From Deltaproteobacteria bacterium (GTDB lineage Bacteria > UBA10199 > JACPAL01): a stretch of 64,000 bases of DNA. The stretch lies in NCBI GenBank assembly GCA_016180845.1, contig JACPAK010000001.1:86836-150835 (forward strand), in the 5' to 3' direction. This document shows, piece by piece, positions 37,325 to 46,980 of the stretch (the stretch's first letter is position 1; each line of letters opens with the position of its first letter). The position numbers were made by a program, and so were the translations under genes. Under the pieces are notes generated by a model. That model made no database searches. It was not told the DNA's origin and worked only from the letters and a program-made list of their open reading frames with translations.

Positions 37325-39097
37325 ATTCCATATTTTGATGACGAAGAGATCGACAAGGTCCGTCGTGCGGCCGATATTGTTCAGGTCATAGGTGATTTTT
37401 TGCCCTTAAAAAAGGCGGGACGACACTTCAAAGGTCTCTGCCCTTTTCATCCTGAAAAAACAGCCTCTTTCATGGTGAATCCAGAACGCCAGATCTTCCA
37501 TTGTTTTGGGTGTGGTGAGGGAGGAAATGTTATCGGCTTTCTGATGAAATATGAATCATTGGAGTTCCCGCAAGCCTTGGAAAAACTGGCCCAGCGCTTT
37601 GGGATTACACTCAAAAAAAGCTTTCAGGACAGCCCTGCCCATCAAAAAAAGAAATCGGAAAAAGAGCTCCTTCTGAAAATCAATCGAATCGCTGCCCGTC
37701 ATTTCTTCGACAACCTTCATGAAGGCGAGAAAGGTAAAAAAGGCAGGGGGTATCTGGAGGGACGAAAAATCAATCTCAAGAGCGCCCGAGAGGCACTCCT
37801 GGGTTATGCCGTTCCCTCTGGCCGTGAACTTGTCAATCACCTCAGGGAAAAAGGGATCTCTCTCGAAGCGGCCGAAAAAGTCGGACTTATACGAAAAAGA
37901 GATGACCAGACATTTTATGATTTCTTCCGAGATCGCCTTATTTTTACAATTGTCTCTCCCCAAGGAGAGATTCTTGGTTTTAGTGGGCGTTCTTTGGATT
38001 CAGAAGTCGATCCAAAATATCTCAACTCAGCCGATTCCCCCATTTACAACAAAAGCGAATCACTCCTGGGATTTCATGTTGCTAAACAACCGATCCGAAT
38101 GAAGGACCAGGTCATTCTGGTTGAGGGAAATTTTGATCAACTCCGTCTCTACCAGGAAGGAATCATGAACACCGTCGCGCCCCTAGGCACCGCCTTGACA
38201 GAAAAGCAGGTCACGCTTCTCAAACGTTACACCTCAAATTTTATCCTTATTTTCGACGGCGATGCTGCAGGACAAAAGGCAGCAATGCGGGCGCTCGAGG
38301 TCTGCCTGCCTCTGGGGATTATGCCTCGCGCCGTTACCCTAAATCCCTCAGAAGATCCCGATAGTTTTGTCATGAAGGAAGGGGCAAAACCGATCCTGGA
38401 TCGTATTGAAAGGGCCCCTCTGCTCCTGGATGCCACCCTGGAGAAAATCGTTGAAGAGGGAGGAGATTCCGCCTCTGGAAAGCGAACCGCTGTGGAAAGA
38501 ATCGGTCATTTTCTGACCCTCCTGGCAGGGGATGTAGAGAAAAGTCTCTATATTCAGAAGGTTGCGCATCTTATTGGACTCCCTGAGAAAATTGTTGCCG
38601 AGACCACCTTGAAAAGGTCGAAGAAAGGAAGCAACTTTTTACCTGATTTCCACGAGGATGAACATCGAGTTCCGGTGGTTGAGAAGACGCTTGTTGAAAT
38701 TCTGATCTCGGGACGCGTACCGCCTGCAGATCTCCTTCTGGAAATAAGGGGTTCTGATTTTAGCTTCCTTCTTTTAGGGGAGGCCTGGGAACGGCTCAGG
38801 GTTGATTATGAAGGGAACCGGGCGATTGATGTGGGACGGATTGTCACTCAGGAACTCTCAGAAGGCTTGAGGAAGATATTAACCGAATTGGCCATCGGGG
38901 CCACAGAGTGGGAAGAGAAAGAAGAGGTTTTTGCTCGTGACTGCATTAAAAACTTCCATCTTGGACGGTATCGGGGCCTTTTGAAAGGAATCTCTCGAGA
39001 GATCCGAGAGGCGGAAAGGGCCCATGATCTGGTGAAAGTCAGAGAGCTCTTGAAACAAAAAAATATGCTTTTGAGAGATATCAATACATTACATTAG
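37325..39097 (+). CDS. dnaG: DNA primase DnaG (N-terminus upstream of first canonical start; ATT start proposed)
   Basis: Zn-finger [11 protein letters not shown]...[21 protein letters not shown] and DGDAAGQKA. The in-frame upstream peptide [27 protein letters not shown] aligns to the E. coli DnaG N-terminus, but no ATG/GTG/TTG occurs in frame before 37400. AAGGGGG at 37312-37318 lies 6 nt before ATT at 37325. Confidence 0.8.
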   Translation: MPYFDDEEIDKVRRAADIVQVIGDFLPLKKAGRHFKGLCPFHPEKTASFMVNPERQIFHCFGCGEGGNVIGFLMKYESLEFPQALEKLAQRFGITLKKSFQDSPAHQKKKSEKELLLKINRIAARHFFDNLHEGEKGKKGRGYLEGRKINLKSAREALLGYAVPSGRELVNHLREKGISLEAAEKVGLIRKRDDQTFYDFFRDRLIFTIVSPQGEILGFSGRSLDSEVDPKYLNSADSPIYNKSESLLGFHVAKQPIRMKDQVILVEGNFDQLRLYQEGIMNTVAPLGTALTEKQVTLLKRYTSNFILIFDGDAAGQKAAMRALEVCLPLGIMPRAVTLNPSEDPDSFVMKEGAKPILDRIERAPLLLDATLEKIVEEGGDSASGKRTAVERIGHFLTLLAGDVEKSLYIQKVAHLIGLPEKIVAETTLKRSKKGSNFLPDFHEDEHRVPVVEKTLVEILISGRVPPADLLLEIRGSDFSFLLLGEAWERLRVDYEGNRAIDVGRIVTQELSEGLRKILTELAIGATEWEEKEEVFARDCIKNFHLGRYRGLLKGISREIREAERAHDLVKVRELLKQKNMLLRDINTLH

Positions 39098-39110
39098 GAG
39101 AAAGAAATTA

Positions 39111-40925
39111 ATGAAGGCTGAAGCAACAACCACCAACCCAGAAAAAAAAGAACTCAAAGAAGTCAAGGAACTCATTACCTTAGGCAAGGAAAAAGGGTTC
39201 TTAACTTATGAAGAGGTTAATGAGGCGTTGCCAGATGATGTCGTTTCGGCCGAACAACTCGACGATGTCCTCAACATGTTCGATGAGATGGATATTGAAG
39301 TTGTCGACGGTGAAGATGACGCCAAGGCAATAAAAAACAAGGTCGGGACGCCAGAAGGGTATTCGATCGAGGAGAAACCTGTCCTTCCTGAACCGATTGA
39401 TTCAAAATCTTTTGATACCGATCTTGAAGTCGCCAGCAAATCAACAGACCCGGTCCGTCTCTATCTCCGCAAAATGGGTTCGGTCCCTCTCCTCACAAGA
39501 GAAGGAGAGGTGGAAATCGCCAAGAAGATTGAACAAGGTGAAGACGAAGTCCTTCGTATTCTGATTCAGACACCGATCGGATTGAACGATTTCCTGGAGA
39601 TGGGTGAGAAACTTTCGAAAAGTAAGATCCGCGTTGCGGAGCTGGTCAAGGATTTTGATGATATTGAAGATGGCCAAGGGCTTGATGAATCAGAGTATCG
39701 ACTCAAGGTTCTAAAATTAATGAGCCGGGTTCGTACGGCGGCAGCGCTCTACCGAAAAAAGACGGGGCGCGCAAGCAATGAACGACTTCGGGAAGAGAAT
39801 CGTAAAAAGGCAGAGAATGAAGCTGCGGAGGCCCGGGAGATCATCCTGAACTCCCTCAAAGACATGCGCCTCAACAAAAAGACGATCGACAATCTTATTG
39901 GCAGTCTGATCAGTTTTGAAGAGACGCTCGATGAGCAGGAAAAGATCCAGGCCAACCTTAGGCGTCGTCTGAACACCGATTTGGAAGGGATTAAAGAGCT
40001 GACGGGACGGTATCGTCGGAGTCCCTATCTTCGTCGGAAGGTCGCCGATGAGCTCAAGATGGAACCTGAAGAGCTTGATCCTCTCTTTGAATCTTATCAG
40101 CAGGCCGAAAAGAAAATTCGCGAGGCGTTGAAAAACTTCGGCGATGATGCGAAAACTTTAAGGCAAACCATTAAAGATATCTATAGGGCTCAGGCCTTTG
40201 CGGAAAGGGCGAAGTCAGAACTTGTAGAAGCCAATCTCCGTCTTGTCGTCAGCATTGCGAAGAAATATACAAACAGAGGTCTTCAATTTCTGGATCTGAT
40301 TCAGGAGGGGAATATCGGCCTCATGAAGGCGGTCGATAAATTTGAATATAAGCGGGGGTACAAATTTAGCACCTATGCCACCTGGTGGATTCGCCAGGCA
40401 ATCACGCGAGCGATCGCGGATCAGGCAAGAACGATTCGGATCCCTGTACACATGATCGAAACCATCAATAAGCTCATCCGAACTTCGAGATATCTGGTCC
40501 AGGATCTTGGTCGGGAACCAACCCCGGAAGAGATCGCTGAAAAAATGGAGCTCCCTCTGGAAAAGGTGCGCAAGGTCCTGAGGATTGCCAAAGAACCTAT
40601 TTCTCTGGAAACACCGATTGGCGAAGAAGAAGACAGTCATCTGGGTGATTTCATCGAAGATAAATCGATTCCAACCCCTTCTGATGCCGTCACCGGATTT
40701 AATCTGGCGGAACAAACCCAGCGGGTCCTTGCCACGCTGACACCACGAGAAGAAAAGGTTTTGCGAATGCGGTTTGGTATTGGAGAAAAATCGGATCATA
40801 CTTTAGAAGAGGTGGGGCGCAATTTTTCAGTCACCCGTGAACGGATCCGACAGATCGAGGCAAAGGCGCTGCGCAAGTTGCGCCATCCGAGTCGCGCGAA
40901 GAGGCTTAGAAGTTTTGTTGATTGA
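39111..40925 (+). CDS. rpoD: RNA polymerase sigma-70 factor RpoD
   Basis: Regions 1.1 to 4 are present. [54 protein letters not shown] is diagnostic of group-1 sigma factors. Confidence 0.95.
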   Translation: MKAEATTTNPEKKELKEVKELITLGKEKGFLTYEEVNEALPDDVVSAEQLDDVLNMFDEMDIEVVDGEDDAKAIKNKVGTPEGYSIEEKPVLPEPIDSKSFDTDLEVASKSTDPVRLYLRKMGSVPLLTREGEVEIAKKIEQGEDEVLRILIQTPIGLNDFLEMGEKLSKSKIRVAELVKDFDDIEDGQGLDESEYRLKVLKLMSRVRTAAALYRKKTGRASNERLREENRKKAENEAAEAREIILNSLKDMRLNKKTIDNLIGSLISFEETLDEQEKIQANLRRRLNTDLEGIKELTGRYRRSPYLRRKVADELKMEPEELDPLFESYQQAEKKIREALKNFGDDAKTLRQTIKDIYRAQAFAERAKSELVEANLRLVVSIAKKYTNRGLQFLDLIQEGNIGLMKAVDKFEYKRGYKFSTYATWWIRQAITRAIADQARTIRIPVHMIETINKLIRTSRYLVQDLGREPTPEEIAEKMELPLEKVRKVLRIAKEPISLETPIGEEEDSHLGDFIEDKSIPTPSDAVTGFNLAEQTQRVLATLTPREEKVLRMRFGIGEKSDHTLEEVGRNFSVTRERIRQIEAKALRKLRHPSRAKRLRSFVD

Positions 40926-40927
40926 CC

Positions 40928-41000
40928 GGGCCTGTAGCTCAATTGGCAGAGCCCCCGGCTCATAACCGGGTCGTTGGAGGTTCGATTCCTCCCGGGCCCA
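40928..41000 (+). tRNA. tRNA with anticodon CAU (elongator Met or lysidine-modified Ile2; not initiator)
   Basis: Cloverleaf readable: acceptor GGGCCUG/CGGGCCC, D-arm AGCUCAAUUGGCAGAGC, anticodon stem CCCGG-CUCAUAA-CCGGG, T-arm GGAGGUUCGAUUCCUCC. Begins 2 nt after the rpoD stop. Confidence 0.85.
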
Positions 41001-41009
41001 GAGGATAAA

Positions 41010-41738
41010 ATGAGCGAAGCAAGAATCATTCAAGATCAACTTCAGCAACTCTACGATCTTTCCCAGATTGATCGCGAGATCACGAAGATTCGAAGTAAAA
41101 TCGGTGATGCCCCGAAGCGTCGTGAAGAGCTCACCCACCAGTTAGAAGCTGCTGAAGTTCAAATGACCGAAAAAAAAGCGAGGACCGCGGTGCTTGAAAA
41201 AGAGAAAATCGGCATCGAATCGGAGGTCCAATTCTCCAGAGACCGTTTGATGGCATTCGAATCAAAAGTAAATCAAATCAAGACAAATAAAGAATACCAG
41301 GCAGCCCTCAAAGAAATTGCCGAGACCAAAAATGCCCAAAAACAGATGGAAGATCGAGTTTTGAAGTTAACCGCCGAACTTGAAGAGATTCAGAAGGATT
41401 TGAATGAGAAACAGCAAGCGTATGAATTGGAAAAGCAAAAAGCAGAGGAAGAGTTAAAAAGCCTTGCCGAACAGGAGACTCAAGTTGCCCAAGAGACACA
41501 CGACTTCGAAGAAAAAAGAAAAGGGATGCTGGCGCGGCTCGATGCAGGCTTGAGAGCCAAATATGAAAAAATTCAAACGTCTCGCGGAGCCGCTATTGCC
41601 CTGGTGGTCAATGGAACCTGCCAGCAATGCAATATGAGGATTGCCCCTCAGCTCTTAATTGAGGTTCAACGATTCACCGCAATCCATTCGTGTCCTTCTT
41701 GTTACCGAATTTTGTACACCACAGGAGGTTCGTCATGA
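41010..41738 (+). CDS. coiled-coil zinc-ribbon protein (COG1579-like)
   Basis: Long heptad-rich coiled coil followed by a C-terminal CQQC...CPSC zinc ribbon. RBS GAGGA precedes the ATG at 41010. Confidence 0.6.
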   Translation: MSEARIIQDQLQQLYDLSQIDREITKIRSKIGDAPKRREELTHQLEAAEVQMTEKKARTAVLEKEKIGIESEVQFSRDRLMAFESKVNQIKTNKEYQAALKEIAETKNAQKQMEDRVLKLTAELEEIQKDLNEKQQAYELEKQKAEEELKSLAEQETQVAQETHDFEEKRKGMLARLDAGLRAKYEKIQTSRGAAIALVVNGTCQQCNMRIAPQLLIEVQRFTAIHSCPSCYRILYTTGGSS

Positions 41739-42034
41739 AAATTCAGTCTTTACCCAAAGACCTATTGGCCGAGGTTATTCACTACATCGCCGACTACGAG
41801 TCTCTGGACGGTTTGCGCGAAAACCTGGCAGCCGACTTCACCCAGGAAGATATTCGAGGTGCCCTGCGGGAGGTAGCGGTTCAGCTTCTGAAGGAGATCG
41901 AGGAGGAAAAGGAGTCGGGGAGATCCGAAATCTCCACCCGCCTTCTTTCTCAGGAGTCCAAAGAACTCCTCTCCTCCCTTTCGCCTCTTGAGGGGAAAAA
42001 ACTCCTGAAGGCATTCGGGTTTCTTGACAATTAA
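41736..42034 (+). CDS. small hypothetical protein
   Basis: 99 aa from the ATG at 41736 (RBS GGAGG upstream). No known motifs. Confidence 0.4.
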
Positions 42035-42037
42035 TCC

Positions 42038-42442
42038 ATGAAAGTCGTGAGGCTCTATACCGATGGAGCGGCTCGAGGAAATCCTGGCCCTGCAGGTGCC
42101 GGTGCCTACCTTTGCGATGAAAATGGGGATACCGTCGCTGAGCTTTGCGAATACCTTGGAGAAACAACAAACAATATCGCTGAATACCGAGCCCTCCTGC
42201 TCGGTTTGAAAAAGGCGATTGAATTAGGATTCGATGAGATTGAGGTCTTGGCCGACTCAGAGCTGATGGTACGCCAACTCCTCGGAAGATATCGGGTCAA
42301 GAACGAGGGACTCAAACCTCTTTTTCAAGAAGCGGTCCGCCTCTTGAAACAATTTAAGAAATACTCTATAAAGCATGTGTTCCGGGAAGCGAATCTTGAT
42401 GCGGATCGACTGGCGAATCAGGCGGTTGATGAAAATTATTGA
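42038..42442 (+). CDS. rnhA: ribonuclease HI
   Basis: LYTDGAARGNPGPAGAGA, NNIAEYRALL and the DSELMVRQ catalytic-residue context. Confidence 0.85.
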   Translation: MKVVRLYTDGAARGNPGPAGAGAYLCDENGDTVAELCEYLGETTNNIAEYRALLLGLKKAIELGFDEIEVLADSELMVRQLLGRYRVKNEGLKPLFQEAVRLLKQFKKYSIKHVFREANLDADRLANQAVDENY

Positions 42443-42454
42443 TCTTTGAAAATT

Positions 42455-42807
42455 GAGAGCTGGTCGGGCAACTACGCTTTCAAGCCTTGTTGCAAAAGGT
42501 TTGGAGTGAGGAAAGTCCGGGCTCCACAGGACGCCGCACAGGTTAACGACCTGGCATCGCGAGATGACGGAAAGTGCAACAGAAAGTATGTACGGTCCGC
42601 CGTAGCTTTAGCGAAGGCGGATGCTGTAGTGAAATCCGGTAAACCCTGCGGGGAGCAAGATCAAGTAAACCGTACCCCTAAAACCCATTGGTCCGATGGG
42701 GTTCCTGAAAAGGACGGTACGGAGGGTTGATCGCTAGAGGCGTTTGGTAACAAACGTCCCAGAGGAATGGTTGCCGAAGACAGAACCCGGCTTATAGACC
42801 AGCTCTT
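42455..42807 (+). ncRNA. rnpB: RNase P RNA, bacterial type A
   Basis: P1 pairing GAGAGCUGGUC ... GACCAGCUC. Universally conserved GGAAAGUCCGGGCUCCACAGG (P4 region), AGUGCAACAGAAAGUA, UAAACCCUGCGGGGAGCAAG and the 3' ACAGAACCCGGCUUA. Confidence 0.9.
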
Positions 42808-42833
42808 ATTTTCCTTTCTCTATTTTCTTAAGA

Positions 42834-43262
42834 TTAAGCGAGACCCAGTAAGGTCCGAACGCCTTCTGGAAGTGGTCCTTTTCTTTCGAGTCTTACGTAG
42901 AGATCCGAATCAGCCACTCGGTGGAAAAGGGACGCGCCGAGGGAAAAGGCTTGTTCACCGAACCTCACCACAGTGATCTGATCGACAGTCTCCCCCGAAA
43001 AACGGATACTGCTCACCATCCCCAGACCTGGTTCCGCACAGGCAAGACGAACATCCCGGCTTGTAAATAACAAAAAGCGCCGCCAACCTCCCCCTACCTG
43101 GAACTGGTCTGCCCTGACGGCTGTGGCATTAAAACCTGGGACTGCGGAAAAGGCAGTCTCCGCTTCTATCGCAACAGCCTTTTTTACTGCTACGATGATC
43201 CAATCTGTAGGACTACCTCTTCCTAAAATGGCAACAACACGGGCAAGGGCTTTTTCAATCAT
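42834..43262 (-). CDS. hypothetical protein (142 aa)
   Basis: ORF directly downstream of rnpB on the opposite strand. No motif I can name. Confidence 0.3.
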   Translation of the reverse strand: MIEKALARVVAILGRGSPTDWIIVAVKKAVAIEAETAFSAVPGFNATAVRADQFQVGGGWRRFLLFTSRDVRLACAEPGLGMVSSIRFSGETVDQITVVRFGEQAFSLGASLFHRVADSDLYVRLERKGPLPEGVRTLLGLA

Positions 43263-43391
43263 ATTCTGTCAAGATGGTCGTATAGCAGGAAGAATTGTTG
43301 CTCCATTTTTTTAATGAGCCAATCACCTGACCAGAATCAATTTGACAGTGTGCGTTAGGGGGTGCAGGGAATGTGGGATGGAGGATAAGTT

Positions 43392-44549
43392 ATGAAAGAC
43401 GCCGTTATTGTTTCTGCCGTTCGAAGCCCGATGGGAAGGGCTGGGAAAGGGTCGTATGTCACGATGAGGATCGATGACCTCGGTGCCCTTGTGGTCAAAG
43501 AGGCACTCAAACGTGTCCCTCAGCTTGATTTGAACGAAATCGAAGATGTCCTGATCGGCTGTGCGATGCCGGAGGGGGAACAGGGGATGAATGTCGCCCG
43601 CCAGATTAGCCTCCTCTCCGGAATCCCCTTTTCCGCAGCCGCGACCACCGTGAATCGCTTCTGCGCCTCAGGACTCGAGACAATCAATACCGCCGCCCTC
43701 CGTGTCATGACCGGAAATGGTGAGGTCTTTGTTGCCGGTGGTGTCGAATCAATGACCCATGTCCCGATGGGGGGGTTTAACCCTTCCCTGAATGAAAAAC
43801 TTTTCCAACCGGGGGCCCCACAGGCCTATATCTCAATGGGAATCACCGCCGAAAATGTCGCGGCCAAGTACAAGATCAGCCGTGAAGATCAGGACAAGTT
43901 CTCGCTCGCCTCGCATCAAAAGGCGATCCGGGCCCACAAGGAAGGAAAGTTTAAGGCAGAGATGATCCCGGTAGAGATTAAAACAGCCGATGGGAAGAAG
44001 ATTGTGCTGGAACGTGATGAAAATCCACGCGAGGAGACGACACTTGAAAAACTGGCCCAGCTCAAACCGGCCTTCAAGGAAGGGGGAACCGTCACTGCAG
44101 GAAACTCATCACCACTGACGGATGGTGCTGCCGCGGTCGTGGTCATGTCTGCCGATCGCGCCAAGGCGTTGGGGATCAAACCGCTCGCCAGAATCCGGGC
44201 GATGGCGGTCGCTGGACTCGACCCTGCCTACATGGGAATGGGACCGGTCCCGGCGGTTCAAAAGGTCCTGAAGCGAGCCGGCATGACATTGAAGGATATC
44301 GACATCATCGAGATCAACGAGGCGTTTGCCGCCCAGTCCCTTGCCGTCTTGAGAGAGCTTAACGTCGATATGGAAAAGGTGAATCCTCATGGCGGTGCGA
44401 TTGCCTTGGGACATCCCTTGGGATGCAGTGGTTCACGAATTATGGCGACGCTGATTAATGATCTGACAATTTACAAGAAGTCGATTGGTCTGGAGACGAT
44501 GTGTGTGGGTGGGGGACAAGGGGCAGCGACGATCATTGAGATTTTATGA
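43392..44549 (+). CDS. acetyl-CoA C-acyltransferase (3-ketoacyl-CoA thiolase)
   Basis: Active-site Cys context NRFCASGLE, and C-terminal GHPLGCSGSR plus catalytic His in NEAFAAQ...NPHGGAIALGHP. Confidence 0.9.
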   Translation: MKDAVIVSAVRSPMGRAGKGSYVTMRIDDLGALVVKEALKRVPQLDLNEIEDVLIGCAMPEGEQGMNVARQISLLSGIPFSAAATTVNRFCASGLETINTAALRVMTGNGEVFVAGGVESMTHVPMGGFNPSLNEKLFQPGAPQAYISMGITAENVAAKYKISREDQDKFSLASHQKAIRAHKEGKFKAEMIPVEIKTADGKKIVLERDENPREETTLEKLAQLKPAFKEGGTVTAGNSSPLTDGAAAVVVMSADRAKALGIKPLARIRAMAVAGLDPAYMGMGPVPAVQKVLKRAGMTLKDIDIIEINEAFAAQSLAVLRELNVDMEKVNPHGGAIALGHPLGCSGSRIMATLINDLTIYKKSIGLETMCVGGGQGAATIIEIL

Positions 44550-46906
44550 CGGGTGAGGGCATTAAAAAAGTCGCGGTCTTGGGTTCTGGCATCATGGGGA
44601 GCGGTATCGCGGCCCATCTTGCGAGCGCCGGCATCCCCTCTTACCTCCTCGATATCGTTCCAAAAGATGCCGGAGGTGATCGGAATAAACTGGCAAAGGC
44701 CGGCATTGAAAATATCCTGAAGGCAAAACCGTCGCTGATTTATTCGAAAAAGGATGCCCGCCTGATCACCCCAGGAAATTTTGAAGATGATTGGGGGAAA
44801 CTTGCGGAGTGTGATTGGATTATTGAGGTAGTTGTCGAAAAGCTCGAGATCAAGCGCCAGGTCTTCGAACGGGTTGAAAAGGTCATCCGTCCAGGGACCA
44901 TCGTCACCTCCAATACCTCAGGCCTCTCTCTCACTGCGATGGCGGAAGGGAGGGGGGCGGAATTTCGACGTCACTTCCTGATCACCCATTTTTTCAATCC
45001 GGTCCGGTACATGAAGCTCGTCGAGGTGGTTTCTGCGCCAGAAACAGACCCTAAGACGGTCGCACGGGTCGTTAATCTCCTCGAGGAAAGGCTCGGCAAA
45101 GGGGTCGTCTATGCGAAAAATACCCCCAGTTTTGTCGCGAATCGGATCGGCGTTTATAATTGGGTCTCCACATTACAAACGATCCTTCAAGAGGGGTATC
45201 AGGTGGGTGAGGTCGACAAAATATTGGGGGCTGCCATCGGTCGACCAAAGAGTGGGATGTTCCGGACATCGGATATGGTCGGTTTGGATACGCTCGTCCA
45301 TGTCGCCCAGCATACCTATGAATACTGCTCTCGCGACGAAAAGCGGGAGGCCCATCGAATCCCCGCTCCTGTCGAAAAAATGTTGGAAAAGAAAATGCTG
45401 GGTGAAAAAACTGGCCAGGGATTCTACAAAAAAATCAAAAAAGAAGATGGGGGCAGTGAGATATTCCAGCTCAATCTGAAGACATTAGACTATGAGCCCC
45501 AGCCCAAGTTCCGTTATGAATCACTCTCCGCCACCAAAAATATCGATGACGTTTCGAAAAGGATCCGGTTCCTGGTGGATCAAAAAGATCGGGCCGCCAG
45601 CCTCGCCTGGAAATCGGTTCGGGATATGCTTCTCTACTCTGCCCATCGCATTCCTGAGATCGCTGATGATGTGGTTAATATTGATAACGCAATGAAATGG
45701 GGCTTCAACTGGTCCCTCGGTCCCTTCGAAACATGGGATGCGCTGGGGGTCCAGAAGGTTGTTGAGCGACTGAAGTCGGAAAATCTCCCCACTCCCCCTC
45801 TTGTCCAGAAGGTCCTGACAAAGGGGATCGGATCCTTTTACAAAACAGAGAGCGGGCGTCGTTATTTCTTTGACCTAAAAACAGAGTCATATCTCCCGGT
45901 CCCCGATCGACCGGGAATCCTTATTTTAAAATCGGTCAAGGAACAAACCGAGGTCATTCTGAAGAATGACTCTGCCTCTTTAATCGACGTTGGTGACGGT
46001 GTCGCCTGCCTGGAGTTCCACTCCAAGATGAACGCGATCGATGGCGAGATCATTCATCTCATGAATGACGCGGTCGCAAGGGTTGAAAAGGACTTCTCCG
46101 GGCTCGTCCTCTATAATGAGGGAGAAAATTTTTCTGTCGGTGCGAACCTGATGCTCCTTTTTCTGGCGGCACAATCCGAAGACTGGGGACAGATCGAAGA
46201 GGTCGTGAAGTCCTTCCAGCAGGCCTGCATGAGGCTGCGTTACTCAGCAAAACCGGTCGTCGCGGCTCCTTTTAATTTAGCCCTCGGAGGGGGATGCGAG
46301 GTCTCACTGGGGGCAGATCAGATTGTTGCCCATGGAGAATTGTACATGGGGCTTGTCGAAGTCGGTGTGGGACTGATCCCTGCCGGAGGGGGATGCAAGG
46401 AGATGATCCGTCGATTCGATGAATCGCTCAAAACAGGTCCCTTCGCGAAGGTTCAAAAGGCGTTTGAGACGATTGCCTTCGCCTCCGTCTCGACGTCAGC
46501 CAAGGAGGCACAAGAAATAGGTTATTTGACCAAAAAAGATGTCGTCACCCCCTCTCGAGATCACCTTCTCGGAGAGGCCAAGAAAAAGGTTATCGAAATG
46601 AGTCGTAGTTATCAGAGACCGGAGCCACGGCGTGATATCCTGCTCCCGGGCCGCGGTGGATACTACGCCCTCCTCTCCGCTATTGAGGGTTTTAGGTTGC
46701 AAGGAAAGATTACCGATCATGATCAGGTGATCGGCGAGAAACTGGCCCATATCTTGACTGGTGGCGACATGCCCAACTTGGGATACGTCTCAGAACAGCG
46801 TCTCCTCGATCTCGAACGCGAGGTCTTCCTTTCACTCGTCGGGATGGAAAAGACCCAGGCACGTATTCAAAACATGCTTCTCACAGGAAAACCGCTCCGC
46901 AATTAA
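44546..46906 (+). CDS. bifunctional 3-hydroxyacyl-CoA dehydrogenase / enoyl-CoA hydratase (FadN/FadB-type)
   Basis: N-terminal NAD Rossmann VAVLGSGIMGSGIAAHLA and a C-terminal crotonase-fold region. 4-nt overlap with the thiolase gene. Confidence 0.85.
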   Translation: MTGEGIKKVAVLGSGIMGSGIAAHLASAGIPSYLLDIVPKDAGGDRNKLAKAGIENILKAKPSLIYSKKDARLITPGNFEDDWGKLAECDWIIEVVVEKLEIKRQVFERVEKVIRPGTIVTSNTSGLSLTAMAEGRGAEFRRHFLITHFFNPVRYMKLVEVVSAPETDPKTVARVVNLLEERLGKGVVYAKNTPSFVANRIGVYNWVSTLQTILQEGYQVGEVDKILGAAIGRPKSGMFRTSDMVGLDTLVHVAQHTYEYCSRDEKREAHRIPAPVEKMLEKKMLGEKTGQGFYKKIKKEDGGSEIFQLNLKTLDYEPQPKFRYESLSATKNIDDVSKRIRFLVDQKDRAASLAWKSVRDMLLYSAHRIPEIADDVVNIDNAMKWGFNWSLGPFETWDALGVQKVVERLKSENLPTPPLVQKVLTKGIGSFYKTESGRRYFFDLKTESYLPVPDRPGILILKSVKEQTEVILKNDSASLIDVGDGVACLEFHSKMNAIDGEIIHLMNDAVARVEKDFSGLVLYNEGENFSVGANLMLLFLAAQSEDWGQIEEVVKSFQQACMRLRYSAKPVVAAPFNLALGGGCEVSLGADQIVAHGELYMGLVEVGVGLIPAGGGCKEMIRRFDESLKTGPFAKVQKAFETIAFASVSTSAKEAQEIGYLTKKDVVTPSRDHLLGEAKKKVIEMSRSYQRPEPRRDILLPGRGGYYALLSAIEGFRLQGKITDHDQVIGEKLAHILTGGDMPNLGYVSEQRLLDLEREVFLSLVGMEKTQARIQNMLLTGKPLRN

Positions 46907-46936
46907 AAAACTTTGACTCGCATCGTTTCGAATGTT

Positions 46937-46980
46937 ACTTTTCCTCCCGCGTGAGGAAAACTCATCTTCTTTTTTTATTC
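46937..46980 (+). terminator. candidate hairpin (acttttcctc-ccgcgt-gaggaaaact) plus T-run after fadB-like gene, overlapping the next gene's start
   Basis: A 9/10-bp inverted repeat at 46937-46962 is followed by cttctttttttattcattttt. It overlaps the GTG start at 46951, so it could equally be coding sequence only. Confidence 0.3.

Noticed and set aside
40796-41138. Two minus-strand ORFs (77 and 103 aa) and the first 36 nt of the 40974 plus-strand ORF overlapping the tRNA-Met gene
   Set aside because: They overlap a clearly folded tRNA immediately after rpoD. The zinc-ribbon gene has a good RBS and ATG at 41010 instead.
42446-42830. ORFs 42446-42730 (+), 42767-42976 (+) and antisense ORFs inside this region
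   Set aside because: The region is the RNase P RNA gene, with conserved GGAAAGUCCGGGCUCC and ACAGAACCCGGCUUA and P1 pairing. Protein-coding is unlikely.
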